DNA from: Candidatus Heimdallarchaeota archaeon
GTDB taxonomy: Archaea > Asgardarchaeota > Heimdallarchaeia > Heimdallarchaeales > Heimdallarchaeaceae
Length of the DNA: 32,000 nucleotides
Direction: 5' to 3'
NCBI GenBank assembly: GCA_030668875.1
Contig: DAOVER010000021.1
Location: 1-32,000 of the forward strand
This document shows positions 8,764-17,996 of this stretch, piece after piece. Both the position numbers and the translations under genes were made by a program. How positions within the stretch are numbered: position 1 is the first letter of the stretch; every line of letters starts with the position of its first letter. The notes beneath the pieces are model-generated. The model made no database searches and was not told the origin of the DNA. It saw nothing but the letters and a program-made list of their open reading frames with translations.

Positions 8764-11748
8764 ATGGAATCTCTTACTTGTGTTTATTTGAAGACTTTAT
8801 CCCAAATTGGGGGCGATAATCCTCGGGTTACCATTTTAGTAGATTCAGAGAATAGAAATTTTATAGTTAATCTATGGTCTCCTTGGCATGTTATAGGAGA
8901 ATATATTCAACCATATACATTACTTAAACTGTTCAATGTTGAAAAGATACAAGAAAAAGATTCTGTCTACTTCTCAGCAGGATCAAATTCTATAGTTGTT
9001 GTAGACCCAGATGTATTGATTAACGCAACAGCTGTGAACAACGTTTCTTTTTGCCCAAGAAGTTATTATCTCAATGAAATTGTTGGTGAGACTGCATCCC
9101 CCTATATCGCAATTCGTGGTTCAATCATTCACGATAGTTTTGGTTCTGCAATAGCAAGCGGAACTAAACCTTCAGAGCAGCTATCTTCTGTTATTGATTC
9201 TTTTTCACTACAGTTTGAAAAGTTCGGTTACACTAGAGAAGATGTAAATAAGGAATTGCGAGAGATGGCAGAGAGTCTAGATTCTTTTGTCGAAAAGTTG
9301 AAAGGTGATTCTCTTCCTGAAATCTTGTTTCTTTCGCCCACTTTTGGTATTCGAGGGAGAATCGATCTCTTCAATTCAGGACACATTTATGAGCTTAAAA
9401 CTGGAAAGGTTCATGCAGATGACAATATCCGATTTTCTGATTTACTTCAAGTTACACTCTATAAATATGGTCTTGATGAACATTTGGATTTATCAAAACC
9501 AAGTGATGGTACTGTGATTTATGTTGGAACTAACAAGGCTATTCTTAAGACGGCGCAACCTTCTTGGAACCTTCTTAGATATGCAATAGAACAGAGAAAC
9601 ATTGCTTACCGAATTTCATACTTGGGATATCACCCTCCCATTTTACCAGAAGATCAAATGAATAGGTGCAAAAAGTGTTCAGTAAAACATTTTTGTGCCA
9701 TGGTTTGTGCAGGTTTAAAACAAGAAAGAAGATGCTCAACCTGTCCTCATGATTTATTATGTACGCACAATGCTATGCCCGATACGTTCCAAGACTACTT
9801 CAAGCGTTTCACAAATTGGATACGTGAAGAAAGGAATGAATCTTCTCAGAATTTTGCAAATTTATGGAAATTAGATATAAACCAGAGAATTGCCAAGGGC
9901 AAAACAATAGAAGGTTTGAAACTTGAAAGCGAAATAAAGGAAAACGGAAACACTAAATTAATTTTTTCATGTAATAATATGTCAGAACTGAGAGAAGGAG
10001 ATATTGTCGTTTTAAGTCAAGGGAGCATACACAAAAGTAGTGTAATTACGGGAGCTGTTTCTAGTATCTCTAAAAACTCACTTGAAATATCGACAAGGGC
10101 TGTTGCTGGATCTATCTCTGTTGTAGACCTCTATTCATTAGATGTAGGTTTTAGAAGACAGCAAAGGGGATTATTCAACCTAGTCTTTAAGAGAAACAAT
10201 TTCAGACAGGCTATTCTTGATTCTAACCCTCCGATTATAAAATCAATTAAGGGTGATTTTGTTAAAAATAATTCCGTACAAAACGAAGGAATTGAAAGAA
10301 TATTGGGGACTAAAAACTTCTCCTTAATTCAAGGACCTGCAGGAACGGGTAAAACCTATGTCATTGCAAAATCAGCCATAATACTAGCAAAAAGCGGTGA
10401 AAAAGTTCTTCTTACTGCATTTACTAATCGGGCAGTAGACAACATATGTTCTTATCTGATATCAAACAACTTTACCAATTTCATACGATTAGGACGTAAA
10501 TATTCCACACAAGATAAAATTAAGGAATATACACTTGAAGCATATAAAGATAAAAATCCAGATAAATCGTTTTCTCAACTGTTGAATGAGATCCCTATTA
10601 TCGTCGCAACAACGTCGACAATATCTAGCCCAAATTTCGAGAAATTGGGGATTCAAACAATCATAATTGATGAAGCAAGTCAGATGACAGAACCAACTGT
10701 ATTATCAGCCTTAATGGAAGGGGATAGATTTATTCTTGTAGGGGATCATAAACAATTGCCTCCAGTTGTACAGAGTCAAACAGCTCAGACAGAAGGGTTG
10801 AGTGTTTCATTATTTGAGAGATTGGCAAAACTCTATCCAGAATCTATTCATCTATTAACTCATCAATTTCGTATGAATGAGAAACTTGTAGACTTCTCCA
10901 ATGAAAAATTCTATGAAGGGAAACTGAAATCATTTGATAACTTAGTAAAATTACAAAATCTTTTAGACTTAAGCAATTTTAAGGGAGATTACTCTCAATT
11001 AGACCATCCGGAAATTTATGACCCTAAAACCCCCTTAGTTTATGTTCCTGTACGAGGCATGTTCAACCATGATAAGAAAATTAACAAAAAAGAAGTTGAA
11101 TCAATTGCAATAATAGTGAAAAATTTCTTGAAACTCGGTTTGAATACAAATCAAATGGGGATAATTGGTCCTTATAGGGGGCAGGTCGGAGAAATAAGAA
11201 GATATCTGCCATCAAATCTTACAACTGATACAGTTGATCGGTTTCAAGGAAGTGATAGGGAATTAATTGTTCTGTCCTTAACCGAATCTCAGTCGAGTGG
11301 GAGTAGAGGATTTGGAGATGAAAGAAGATTAAATGTAGCCATAACAAGAGCAAAGAAGAAACTTGTTGTTGTAGGTGATCCACTAATCAACAAAGGAATT
11401 CTGAATGATTATATAGCATATCTGAAAACTAATGCCTCTGTTGCTGTTACCAAAGAACAGGAAAGCAGAGAAACACTAACAATTAGTGAAGAAAGCGTAG
11501 TGGTTGCTGATAATCTTTCCAAAACAGCACGTTTCTTCAAAAAGATTCAGAGTAAAGGAAAACAGCTTATTGAAAGTCAAGAGTCCAAGTACAAATGCAT
11601 GGTCTGTTTTCAACAGGTTTACGAAAATGCTCTAGAATGTCCATTTTGCGAACATATTTTTCATTATGACCATCTTGTAACATGGATAAGTAAAAAGGGT
11701 AGATGCCCATATTGTAAAACAAAACTAAGTATATTTAAAACTGCTTGA
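8764..11748 (+). CDS. Dna2-like nuclease-helicase (Fe-S PD-(D/E)XK nuclease + SF1B helicase) with C-terminal RING-H2-like finger
   Basis: DPDVLINAT..FCPR, GSIIHD, GRIDL, YELKTG, LQVTLY, CxxCx5C; helicase motifs QGPAGTGKT, DEASQ, GDHKQLPP, QFRMN, TVDRFQG, RRLNVAITRAK; RING at aa 945-984. Confidence 0.88.
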   Translation: MESLTCVYLKTLSQIGGDNPRVTILVDSENRNFIVNLWSPWHVIGEYIQPYTLLKLFNVEKIQEKDSVYFSAGSNSIVVVDPDVLINATAVNNVSFCPRSYYLNEIVGETASPYIAIRGSIIHDSFGSAIASGTKPSEQLSSVIDSFSLQFEKFGYTREDVNKELREMAESLDSFVEKLKGDSLPEILFLSPTFGIRGRIDLFNSGHIYELKTGKVHADDNIRFSDLLQVTLYKYGLDEHLDLSKPSDGTVIYVGTNKAILKTAQPSWNLLRYAIEQRNIAYRISYLGYHPPILPEDQMNRCKKCSVKHFCAMVCAGLKQERRCSTCPHDLLCTHNAMPDTFQDYFKRFTNWIREERNESSQNFANLWKLDINQRIAKGKTIEGLKLESEIKENGNTKLIFSCNNMSELREGDIVVLSQGSIHKSSVITGAVSSISKNSLEISTRAVAGSISVVDLYSLDVGFRRQQRGLFNLVFKRNNFRQAILDSNPPIIKSIKGDFVKNNSVQNEGIERILGTKNFSLIQGPAGTGKTYVIAKSAIILAKSGEKVLLTAFTNRAVDNICSYLISNNFTNFIRLGRKYSTQDKIKEYTLEAYKDKNPDKSFSQLLNEIPIIVATTSTISSPNFEKLGIQTIIIDEASQMTEPTVLSALMEGDRFILVGDHKQLPPVVQSQTAQTEGLSVSLFERLAKLYPESIHLLTHQFRMNEKLVDFSNEKFYEGKLKSFDNLVKLQNLLDLSNFKGDYSQLDHPEIYDPKTPLVYVPVRGMFNHDKKINKKEVESIAIIVKNFLKLGLNTNQMGIIGPYRGQVGEIRRYLPSNLTTDTVDRFQGSDRELIVLSLTESQSSGSRGFGDERRLNVAITRAKKKLVVVGDPLINKGILNDYIAYLKTNASVAVTKEQESRETLTISEESVVVADNLSKTARFFKKIQSKGKQLIESQESKYKCMVCFQQVYENALECPFCEHIFHYDHLVTWISKKGRCPYCKTKLSIFKTA

Positions 11749-11789
11749 AAACTAAAATAAAAAGAAAAGAAAAAAGAAAAGATATTTCT

Positions 11790-13580
11790 TTATTTCTTGT
11801 ATTTTTTAAATCCGGCAATTGCTGCTAGTCCTAAGAATGATAGGAATACTAAACCTGCAATACCTACTGGGGTTGTAACCTCTACTTCGACAGTATATCC
11901 TGCTGCTTCTACGTAATCAATTGCTAAATCAATATCGTAGGCGTAATATCCTAGAGAATCATCGAAGTCCACTGCGGCATCAGGACATGGAGGACCCCCA
12001 GGAGCACCTAATCCTTCAAGAATTTCTGAAACGATTGTTTCACGTGGAACAGCGTGACTTATTGCTTTACGAATACTCAAAGCTGCGGCAGCTGTACCAA
12101 GAGGTGTAAGTTCACCTGTACCAAAAATAGGATTTTTCATGTTGATTGCCATTTCTTGATGTGATGGATCTTTAATTAAGACACCTTCTACACCAGTAAC
12201 GTCTACAAAATCTGCTAAAACTGGATAGTATTGAGCATCCATAATGTCAATGGTACCAGCAATCAATTCAGCTACTGCACTGTCTTTACCAGCTATGAAA
12301 GTTAAATACCAATCAGTTAATTTAACAGGTTCTCCGTGCCAATATGGGTTGGGTACCATTCTAACAACACTTAGATCTGGGTCAAAATCATCTAGCATGA
12401 AAGGACCACAAGAACGAACAAGTGTGTCTTGAACGTTACCAGTTAACGGTTCTTCATTAAAGATACCATAACCATGTGTTGAAATTGCTAGTTCAACAAG
12501 GCTCTTATCAATGATAGAAGAAGCAAGTAAACCTGTTGCGAAGTTATATACTCCTGTTAATTGGAATAATAACTCACCACCTGCTATATCTGGACCGACA
12601 ACAGAGATAGAATCGTTTGTAGCAAACCATTTTTTCAAGAAACTGTAGCTTGTTGAACCTACTGCAGGTGTCATGAATAATTCATATGAATACACGACAT
12701 CTGATGGTAATACATCACTTCCATCGCTGAACTTTGCATCAGGATCTAAGAACACTGTCATATTGATTTTGCTGTCAATTATTTCTGAAATTGTGAAATT
12801 CAGAGCAATTTCTGGTTCCCATTCGTGAGTATCTTGTGCTCTCTTTACTAGATTTCCATAAACAGTTTGCATCCATTGTGTATCATAGAATGATTCTACA
12901 ACATATGTATTTGGTTCTTTCAAGTCTGCAGGAATTGCATATGTAATGCTATGATCATCTGAATCATCCCAATACTCTGCTCTATGACCTGAGCTTGCTA
13001 TTAACAGTCCATCAATCCCAGATACTGTTTCACTGAAACCAAAAAGAGATCTTGGATAGATCAGTACAATAGTAGGCAAGTCTGCATATAATATTCCTTG
13101 TATATCGTGAGCTGCTGCTGTCCTTGTAGTTGGATCTAATGCAGTTAGATAATCATCTAATCTTGCATCATATGCTGCGTTGCTGTATTGATAGAAGTTG
13201 TCACCGTTTGGTATCATGCTTTCTGTGTCCCACAAACCGGTTGGGTCCCAATCAAGTCCCCATGACCAACCAACAAAGAATATGTCGAAACCACCCTTTG
13301 CATAGGTTGGAATGTAATCATAATCAATTAATGGATATGCCCATGTACGGGGACCAATATTTCCCCATCCTGTAGATTCATGGAAGGATACACCAATACC
13401 AATTTTTGGTAATTGTTGTTCCATTAGCAGTGACCATTGATTACGGGCTGCGCTTGTATTGGGTGAAAGTAAGTTTATTGAAAAAGCGATTTGTATTTCT
13501 GTTTCTTGTGCTTGTGCAAGGTATGTGCTCATACTGAACAAGACAATTAGGGTTAAACCCAATAATGCTTTATTTTTCAT
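11790..13580 (-). CDS. ABC transporter substrate-binding protein, family 5 (peptide/nickel), with signal peptide and C-terminal membrane anchor
   Basis: N-terminal MKNKALLGLTLIVLFS signal; GPFML, NPYWHG, IRKAISHAVPRETIV, YDIDLA..Y motifs; C-terminal hydrophobic helix plus KKYKK. GGTGA precedes the ATG at 13580. Confidence 0.88.
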   Translation of the reverse strand: MKNKALLGLTLIVLFSMSTYLAQAQETEIQIAFSINLLSPNTSAARNQWSLLMEQQLPKIGIGVSFHESTGWGNIGPRTWAYPLIDYDYIPTYAKGGFDIFFVGWSWGLDWDPTGLWDTESMIPNGDNFYQYSNAAYDARLDDYLTALDPTTRTAAAHDIQGILYADLPTIVLIYPRSLFGFSETVSGIDGLLIASSGHRAEYWDDSDDHSITYAIPADLKEPNTYVVESFYDTQWMQTVYGNLVKRAQDTHEWEPEIALNFTISEIIDSKINMTVFLDPDAKFSDGSDVLPSDVVYSYELFMTPAVGSTSYSFLKKWFATNDSISVVGPDIAGGELLFQLTGVYNFATGLLASSIIDKSLVELAISTHGYGIFNEEPLTGNVQDTLVRSCGPFMLDDFDPDLSVVRMVPNPYWHGEPVKLTDWYLTFIAGKDSAVAELIAGTIDIMDAQYYPVLADFVDVTGVEGVLIKDPSHQEMAINMKNPIFGTGELTPLGTAAAALSIRKAISHAVPRETIVSEILEGLGAPGGPPCPDAAVDFDDSLGYYAYDIDLAIDYVEAAGYTVEVEVTTPVGIAGLVFLSFLGLAAIAGFKKYKK

Positions 13581-13733
13581 ATTTTTTTCACCTATAAATT
13601 TTCCACTCAAAAGTATATTTTACAGTGGAAGCATTTCCAAAGTGTTAATACAGCTTAATAAAGGTTTTGCGTTTCCATTTCAATAGTTGGAATCAAATTT
13701 ATCTTATAAGAAAAATATAAACGACACAATCAT

Positions 13734-13763
13734 GCGAGAAGTGTAAATGTGATTGCTTCTCGC
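13734..13763. other. GC-rich inverted repeat (8-bp stem) just 3' of the membrane-protein stop codon
   Basis: GCGAGAAG (13734-41) and CTTCTCGC (13756-63) are perfectly complementary within an AT-rich intergenic region. Confidence 0.6.
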
Positions 13764-13769
13764 GACCAT

Positions 13770-14249
13770 CTAAGAGGCTCCAAAGTGCTCAATAAGTTTC
13801 AAAATCTGTACCATCACCATAAGATAAACTAGGAGCAAAACCGCAGCAATATAATAAGTAAAGGAACTGAATGTTGCCTCTCGGAAACTATCTTTACTCA
13901 TCGGTGCAGATTTGAAAAGCCTAGATTTCAAATTAGTAATGGTAACTGATTGACCGAAATTACCTACACAAGCTCCAAGAAGGACTACAAAACCAACCTC
14001 ACCAAAGAATACATATTGCATAATATCTTGTAATGCTAAATCGGGAAAAAACCCTATACCATAAATAACAATTATTGAGATTATGATATTAATAACTACA
14101 AAAATAATTGAAGTAATAAATCCTAAAAATGTGATGCGAGGCCAATTTACTTTTGTTCTTTCTTCTTCTCCCTCAGCTTTTTTTTCATCGTTATTTGCAT
14201 TAGTGATCTTTTTTCTTGTTTTTCCCACTTTCTTACTTGATGGCCCCAT
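13770..14249 (-). CDS. Hypothetical membrane protein (about 3 TM), coupled to the ABC ATPase
   Basis: Hydrophobic helices follow a charged N-terminus; the gene overlaps the ATPase gene by 17 nt. Confidence 0.7.
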   Translation of the reverse strand: MGPSSKKVGKTRKKITNANNDEKKAEGEEERTKVNWPRITFLGFITSIIFVVINIIISIIVIYGIGFFPDLALQDIMQYVFFGEVGFVVLLGACVGNFGQSVTITNLKSRLFKSAPMSKDSFREATFSSFTYYIAAVLLLVYLMVMVQILKLIEHFGAS

Positions 14250-15273
14250 TATTGTCCCCTTTATCAGTTATTGGTGCTCCGCAATATGAACAGAACCTTG
14301 TTCCGTTCTTAACTTGATTCCCACACATTGTACATGTTATTACTCTTTTCATATTGTTAGGCACGAAATCAGCTTGATATATAGGATGCAGTATTATTTT
14401 ACCATTTTCCATTTCTATTGAAAAATGTTTAGGGCTATCCATGTCTAGTAAAACAGTTTTGGGGAGAACAATACGATTTTGTCGATCAATTTCTAACAGT
14501 CTGCTATCTTCCAATTTTCTGAGACTTATTTTACTTCCATGCTGACCAATTATTACACCATCTCTCAGTTCGAGAATTCTATCAGCTCTAGCAGCAACTT
14601 GTTGTGAATGCGTTACAATGCAGATAGCAATTCCGAGTTCTTCATTGATTCTATCAAATAAGTCTAAAATACTCTCTGTAGTTTCTACATCTAAATCGCC
14701 TGTAGGTTCATCTCCTATCAGTATTTTGGGGTTGGTTATAAGAGTTGTAGCTATAGCAGCTCTCTTCTTTTCTCCTCCAGAAAGCGTGTCTTCTCTTTTC
14801 ATTCTTTTATCCCAAATTCCAAGAAATTTTAGTAGAAATTCAGTTCTTTGTTTCACAACCTTTGGTTGTACTTTTGCATAATATCCAGCTAACTCTATAT
14901 TTTCTTTTACTGTTAGATGAGATAATAGTTTACTATCTTGAAAAATAACTCCCGCAAATGTTCTTCTTGCCTTTATTATTTCTTCATAAGTAGACCTTGT
15001 AATGTCTTTTGAAAGTTCTTTCCAAAATACTTTACCCGAGGTGGTTTTAGTAATTCCTGCTACTACATTTACTAGCGTAGTTTTTCCAGATCCGCTTGGT
15101 CCAATTAGAAATAACTTTTCTTGAGGTTTTACTTTGAAAGAAACACCTCTTAATGCTTGTGTTTCTATTTTCCCAGTTCGGTAAATTTTGATTATATCTT
15201 CAGCAACTAATAATGGATCAGCATCGTTGATTGCTTCGGTTCCATGCGACGGGGAACTAATCTTAGTTACCAT
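14233..15273 (-). CDS. LolD/MacB-type ABC ATPase with C-terminal AbrB-like domain and zinc ribbon
   Basis: GPSGSGKTT, LSGGE, GDEPTGDLD, VTH. The C-terminal EIDRQNRIVLPK..SIEMENGKIILHP is AbrB/SpoVT-like, followed by CTMCG..CSYCG. Confidence 0.88.
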   Translation of the reverse strand: MVTKISSPSHGTEAINDADPLLVAEDIIKIYRTGKIETQALRGVSFKVKPQEKLFLIGPSGSGKTTLVNVVAGITKTTSGKVFWKELSKDITRSTYEEIIKARRTFAGVIFQDSKLLSHLTVKENIELAGYYAKVQPKVVKQRTEFLLKFLGIWDKRMKREDTLSGGEKKRAAIATTLITNPKILIGDEPTGDLDVETTESILDLFDRINEELGIAICIVTHSQQVAARADRILELRDGVIIGQHGSKISLRKLEDSRLLEIDRQNRIVLPKTVLLDMDSPKHFSIEMENGKIILHPIYQADFVPNNMKRVITCTMCGNQVKNGTRFCSYCGAPITDKGDNNGAIK

Positions 15274-15374
15274 TGGTATAACTCTCCTCTCTTATACACT
15301 AATAAAATTGTTCATTGAATAAAATTGGTTTAAAATTGAAAAGAATAAAGAAAAGAATGTGGAATGTGTTTTGT

Positions 15375-16448
15375 TTAGGTAGATGTTTCTCCTACTTGAT
15401 CCTCAGATTCCCCTTTGTCAAGTTGTCCTTGAAAGTCTAGCACTGGAGTTTTTCTAGCCTTTATGCCATCGGTAATCTTGCGAATCAGGAAATCTCTATT
15501 CATCCATATTTTGTCAAGGTTTCCTATGATTAAGAATATTGCATATATAATTAAAAATGGTATCAAATAAATCACCCATGTTGAAAATGCAACAGCAATT
15601 GGATGATATTGCCCTTGTTCATTTGCATATCCAAGACCATATATTAGGAAGTCATTGGATTTTCTATCCACAAAGAGAGAGAATAAAATGTCTCTAAAAC
15701 TCAACGTGATGTCGCCAGTCATTAAAGCCATAGCTGTTCCAACAATGAGGCTAGAAATAAAGACTATAAGTAGGAAAGATTTAGCACTGGGAATGTATTT
15801 TTTTCTTTTTTGAACAAGTTTGAACATAATGAAATTGTATGTTGCAGAAACAACTGCACCAAGTATTATAGGCATTAGGACAATCCAAATGTACATATTT
15901 GTCCATTTTGGATTTGTTGGATTTGTTGGATTAATTAGCTCAGAACCCCAAATATTCTCTACATTGTAAAATCTGTGTGATTGAGCAAAATCTAACTCAT
16001 CAACTGGAAAAGCTCCATTTCTGAAAAAACCACTATCTGCAAACAGATATAGTGCGAAACCTAGAATTAAAGCCACCATTGGTGCAAAGAACCAAACCAG
16101 TACAGGCTTTGCAATGATTCTTAAAGTTGCATCTTGGCCTCCATTTAATCCATATGTAAGAAAGACGTTCATCCAGTAACTAGGTCCTTCCCAAAAAGAG
16201 TGTTCTGAACCTCTTAACGAATTTGTGATTCCCATAATTAACACACTAATAAGCCAGGTAGAGAAAAGATAAATACCCATTGGCGAATGAAACTTCTTCC
16301 ACATCCACTTCCCTAAGGCAATAAACCGATCTCCCAATACACCAAAAAAGGTTCTTGGACCCATTTCTGTTGTGTCAATATTGATCTCTTCCGTATCAGT
16401 TTTATCTACTTGCATATTAATAGCCACGTTGCATATTTTCTTAGACAT
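15375..16448 (-). CDS. Hypothetical polytopic membrane protein
   Basis: About 5-6 hydrophobic segments; co-oriented upstream of the ABC ATPase. Confidence 0.7.
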   Translation of the reverse strand: MSKKICNVAINMQVDKTDTEEINIDTTEMGPRTFFGVLGDRFIALGKWMWKKFHSPMGIYLFSTWLISVLIMGITNSLRGSEHSFWEGPSYWMNVFLTYGLNGGQDATLRIIAKPVLVWFFAPMVALILGFALYLFADSGFFRNGAFPVDELDFAQSHRFYNVENIWGSELINPTNPTNPKWTNMYIWIVLMPIILGAVVSATYNFIMFKLVQKRKKYIPSAKSFLLIVFISSLIVGTAMALMTGDITLSFRDILFSLFVDRKSNDFLIYGLGYANEQGQYHPIAVAFSTWVIYLIPFLIIYAIFLIIGNLDKIWMNRDFLIRKITDGIKARKTPVLDFQGQLDKGESEDQVGETST

Positions 16449-16551
16449 TTTAAACCTTTTCTCTTACAATTAGCTTTACGTTAAAAAAAATGATTCAACC
16501 AAAATCATTTAAATACGTTCATTCTTGATTTTTTAAAGCTTGAGGATTATA

Positions 16552-17985
16552 ATGAAGCCAGATGAGACATTAAACTTAGTTAGCGCCGGTATAGATGTTG
16601 GAACAACTACCTCACATTTAATTTTTTCTAAACTCAGACTTGAGAAAATATATACTCCAAGAGGAGTAAAATTTGAAGTTACGAAGAGAGAAATACTATA
16701 CAAAGGTAACATCTTACTCACTCCTTTAGTAGATGGACAAACTATAGATTATCTCAAACTTGTTGAGTTTATCAAATCTGAATATGAACTTGCAAATATG
16801 TCGATTGATGATATTGATACTGGTGCAGTCATAATTACAGGGGAAAGTGCCAAGAAAGAAAATGCAGAAGACCTTGTGAAAGCTCTTGCATACAAAGCGG
16901 GTAAATTTGTTTGTGCAGCTGCAGGACCCAATTTTGAATCAGTTATAGCAGCGATGGGATCTGGTGCTGCTCAATATTCTAAAGAAACAAAGAAAACTGT
17001 GATGAACATTGATATTGGTGGTGGTACTAGCAACATTGCAATCGTAAAAGACGGTGAAATTATTGATGCTGCTTGTGTCAATGTTGGTGGAAGATTACTA
17101 GCATTTGATACAGAAGACAAAATTGTCAGAATTGAAGCCCCTATCAGAAATTTGGAAGACAAAATAGGTGTCAAATTCGAATACGGGAACCATATAACAA
17201 TCGATCAAAAAAGAGAAATAGCAAGAATTCTTGCTGAAAGCCTCTTTGAAACACTGGATAGAAATTTACAGACACAAATCGCTAAAAATCTACTTATGAC
17301 AAATCCATTAGAATATGATGGAACTATAGATGAGTTAATGTTTTCTGGTGGTGTCGCAGAGTATATTTACAAGCAAACCGAAGAATATTTTGGCGATTTG
17401 GGTAAATACTTGAGTGAAGAAATCCTCGATATTATAAAAGAAAAGAATATCAATATTCATAAACCAGTAGAACTAATTCGTGCGACTGTAATTGGAGCAG
17501 GTCAATATACTCTTCAAGTATCGGGTGTCACGACTCATATTTCTGATGTTGACATCTTACCAATTTATAACATCCCCGTTCTGGAACCTAAGATTGACAA
17601 CAAGCAGATTACTGAGGAAACTGTGAAAATAGCTATTCAAAAGAGCCTTAATATGTTTGATGTAATGGAAGGGGAAGAGACGGTTGCATTATCATTTAAA
17701 GGAGCGATCGGTGGGTCATATGCTGGACTAACTACTTTTGCTAAAGGTGTAGTAAGTGCTTTACCAAATACAATTAGAAAGGAAAAACCTGTTATCTTAG
17801 TTTTTGATCGAGATATTGGTAATTCTGTTGGCAATGTTATGAAAAGAGAAACATCTGCAAAAAAGAACATTATTTCTGTTGATGAAATAATTATTAAAGA
17901 AGGAGATTTTATAGATATTGACAAACCAAAAGCAGGAGGACAAGTAGTCCCAGTTGTAGTGAAATCCTTGGTTTTTTCAGCATAG
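16552..17985 (+). CDS. eutA: Ethanolamine ammonia-lyase reactivating factor EutA homologue
   Basis: SAGIDVGTTTSHLIFSKL, GAVIITGESAKKENA, AGPNFESVIAAMGSGA, NIDIGGGTSN, FSGGVAEYIY, IRATVIGAG. ATG at 16552 follows GAGGA. Confidence 0.9.
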   Translation: MKPDETLNLVSAGIDVGTTTSHLIFSKLRLEKIYTPRGVKFEVTKREILYKGNILLTPLVDGQTIDYLKLVEFIKSEYELANMSIDDIDTGAVIITGESAKKENAEDLVKALAYKAGKFVCAAAGPNFESVIAAMGSGAAQYSKETKKTVMNIDIGGGTSNIAIVKDGEIIDAACVNVGGRLLAFDTEDKIVRIEAPIRNLEDKIGVKFEYGNHITIDQKREIARILAESLFETLDRNLQTQIAKNLLMTNPLEYDGTIDELMFSGGVAEYIYKQTEEYFGDLGKYLSEEILDIIKEKNINIHKPVELIRATVIGAGQYTLQVSGVTTHISDVDILPIYNIPVLEPKIDNKQITEETVKIAIQKSLNMFDVMEGEETVALSFKGAIGGSYAGLTTFAKGVVSALPNTIRKEKPVILVFDRDIGNSVGNVMKRETSAKKNIISVDEIIIKEGDFIDIDKPKAGGQVVPVVVKSLVFSA

Positions 17986-17996
17986 AAAACCTGTTT

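Noticed and set aside
8764-9760. Cas4 / CRISPR adaptation interpretation of the Fe-S nuclease
   Set aside because: It is fused to an SF1B helicase in Dna2 order, and no cas1/cas2 or repeat-spacer array is present in the window.
13459-13686. 75-aa plus-strand ORF
   Set aside because: Antisense to the SBP signal peptide and promoter.
15906-15932. GGATTTGTT tandem repeat (NPTNPTNPK)
   Set aside because: Short in-frame coding repeat in a loop.
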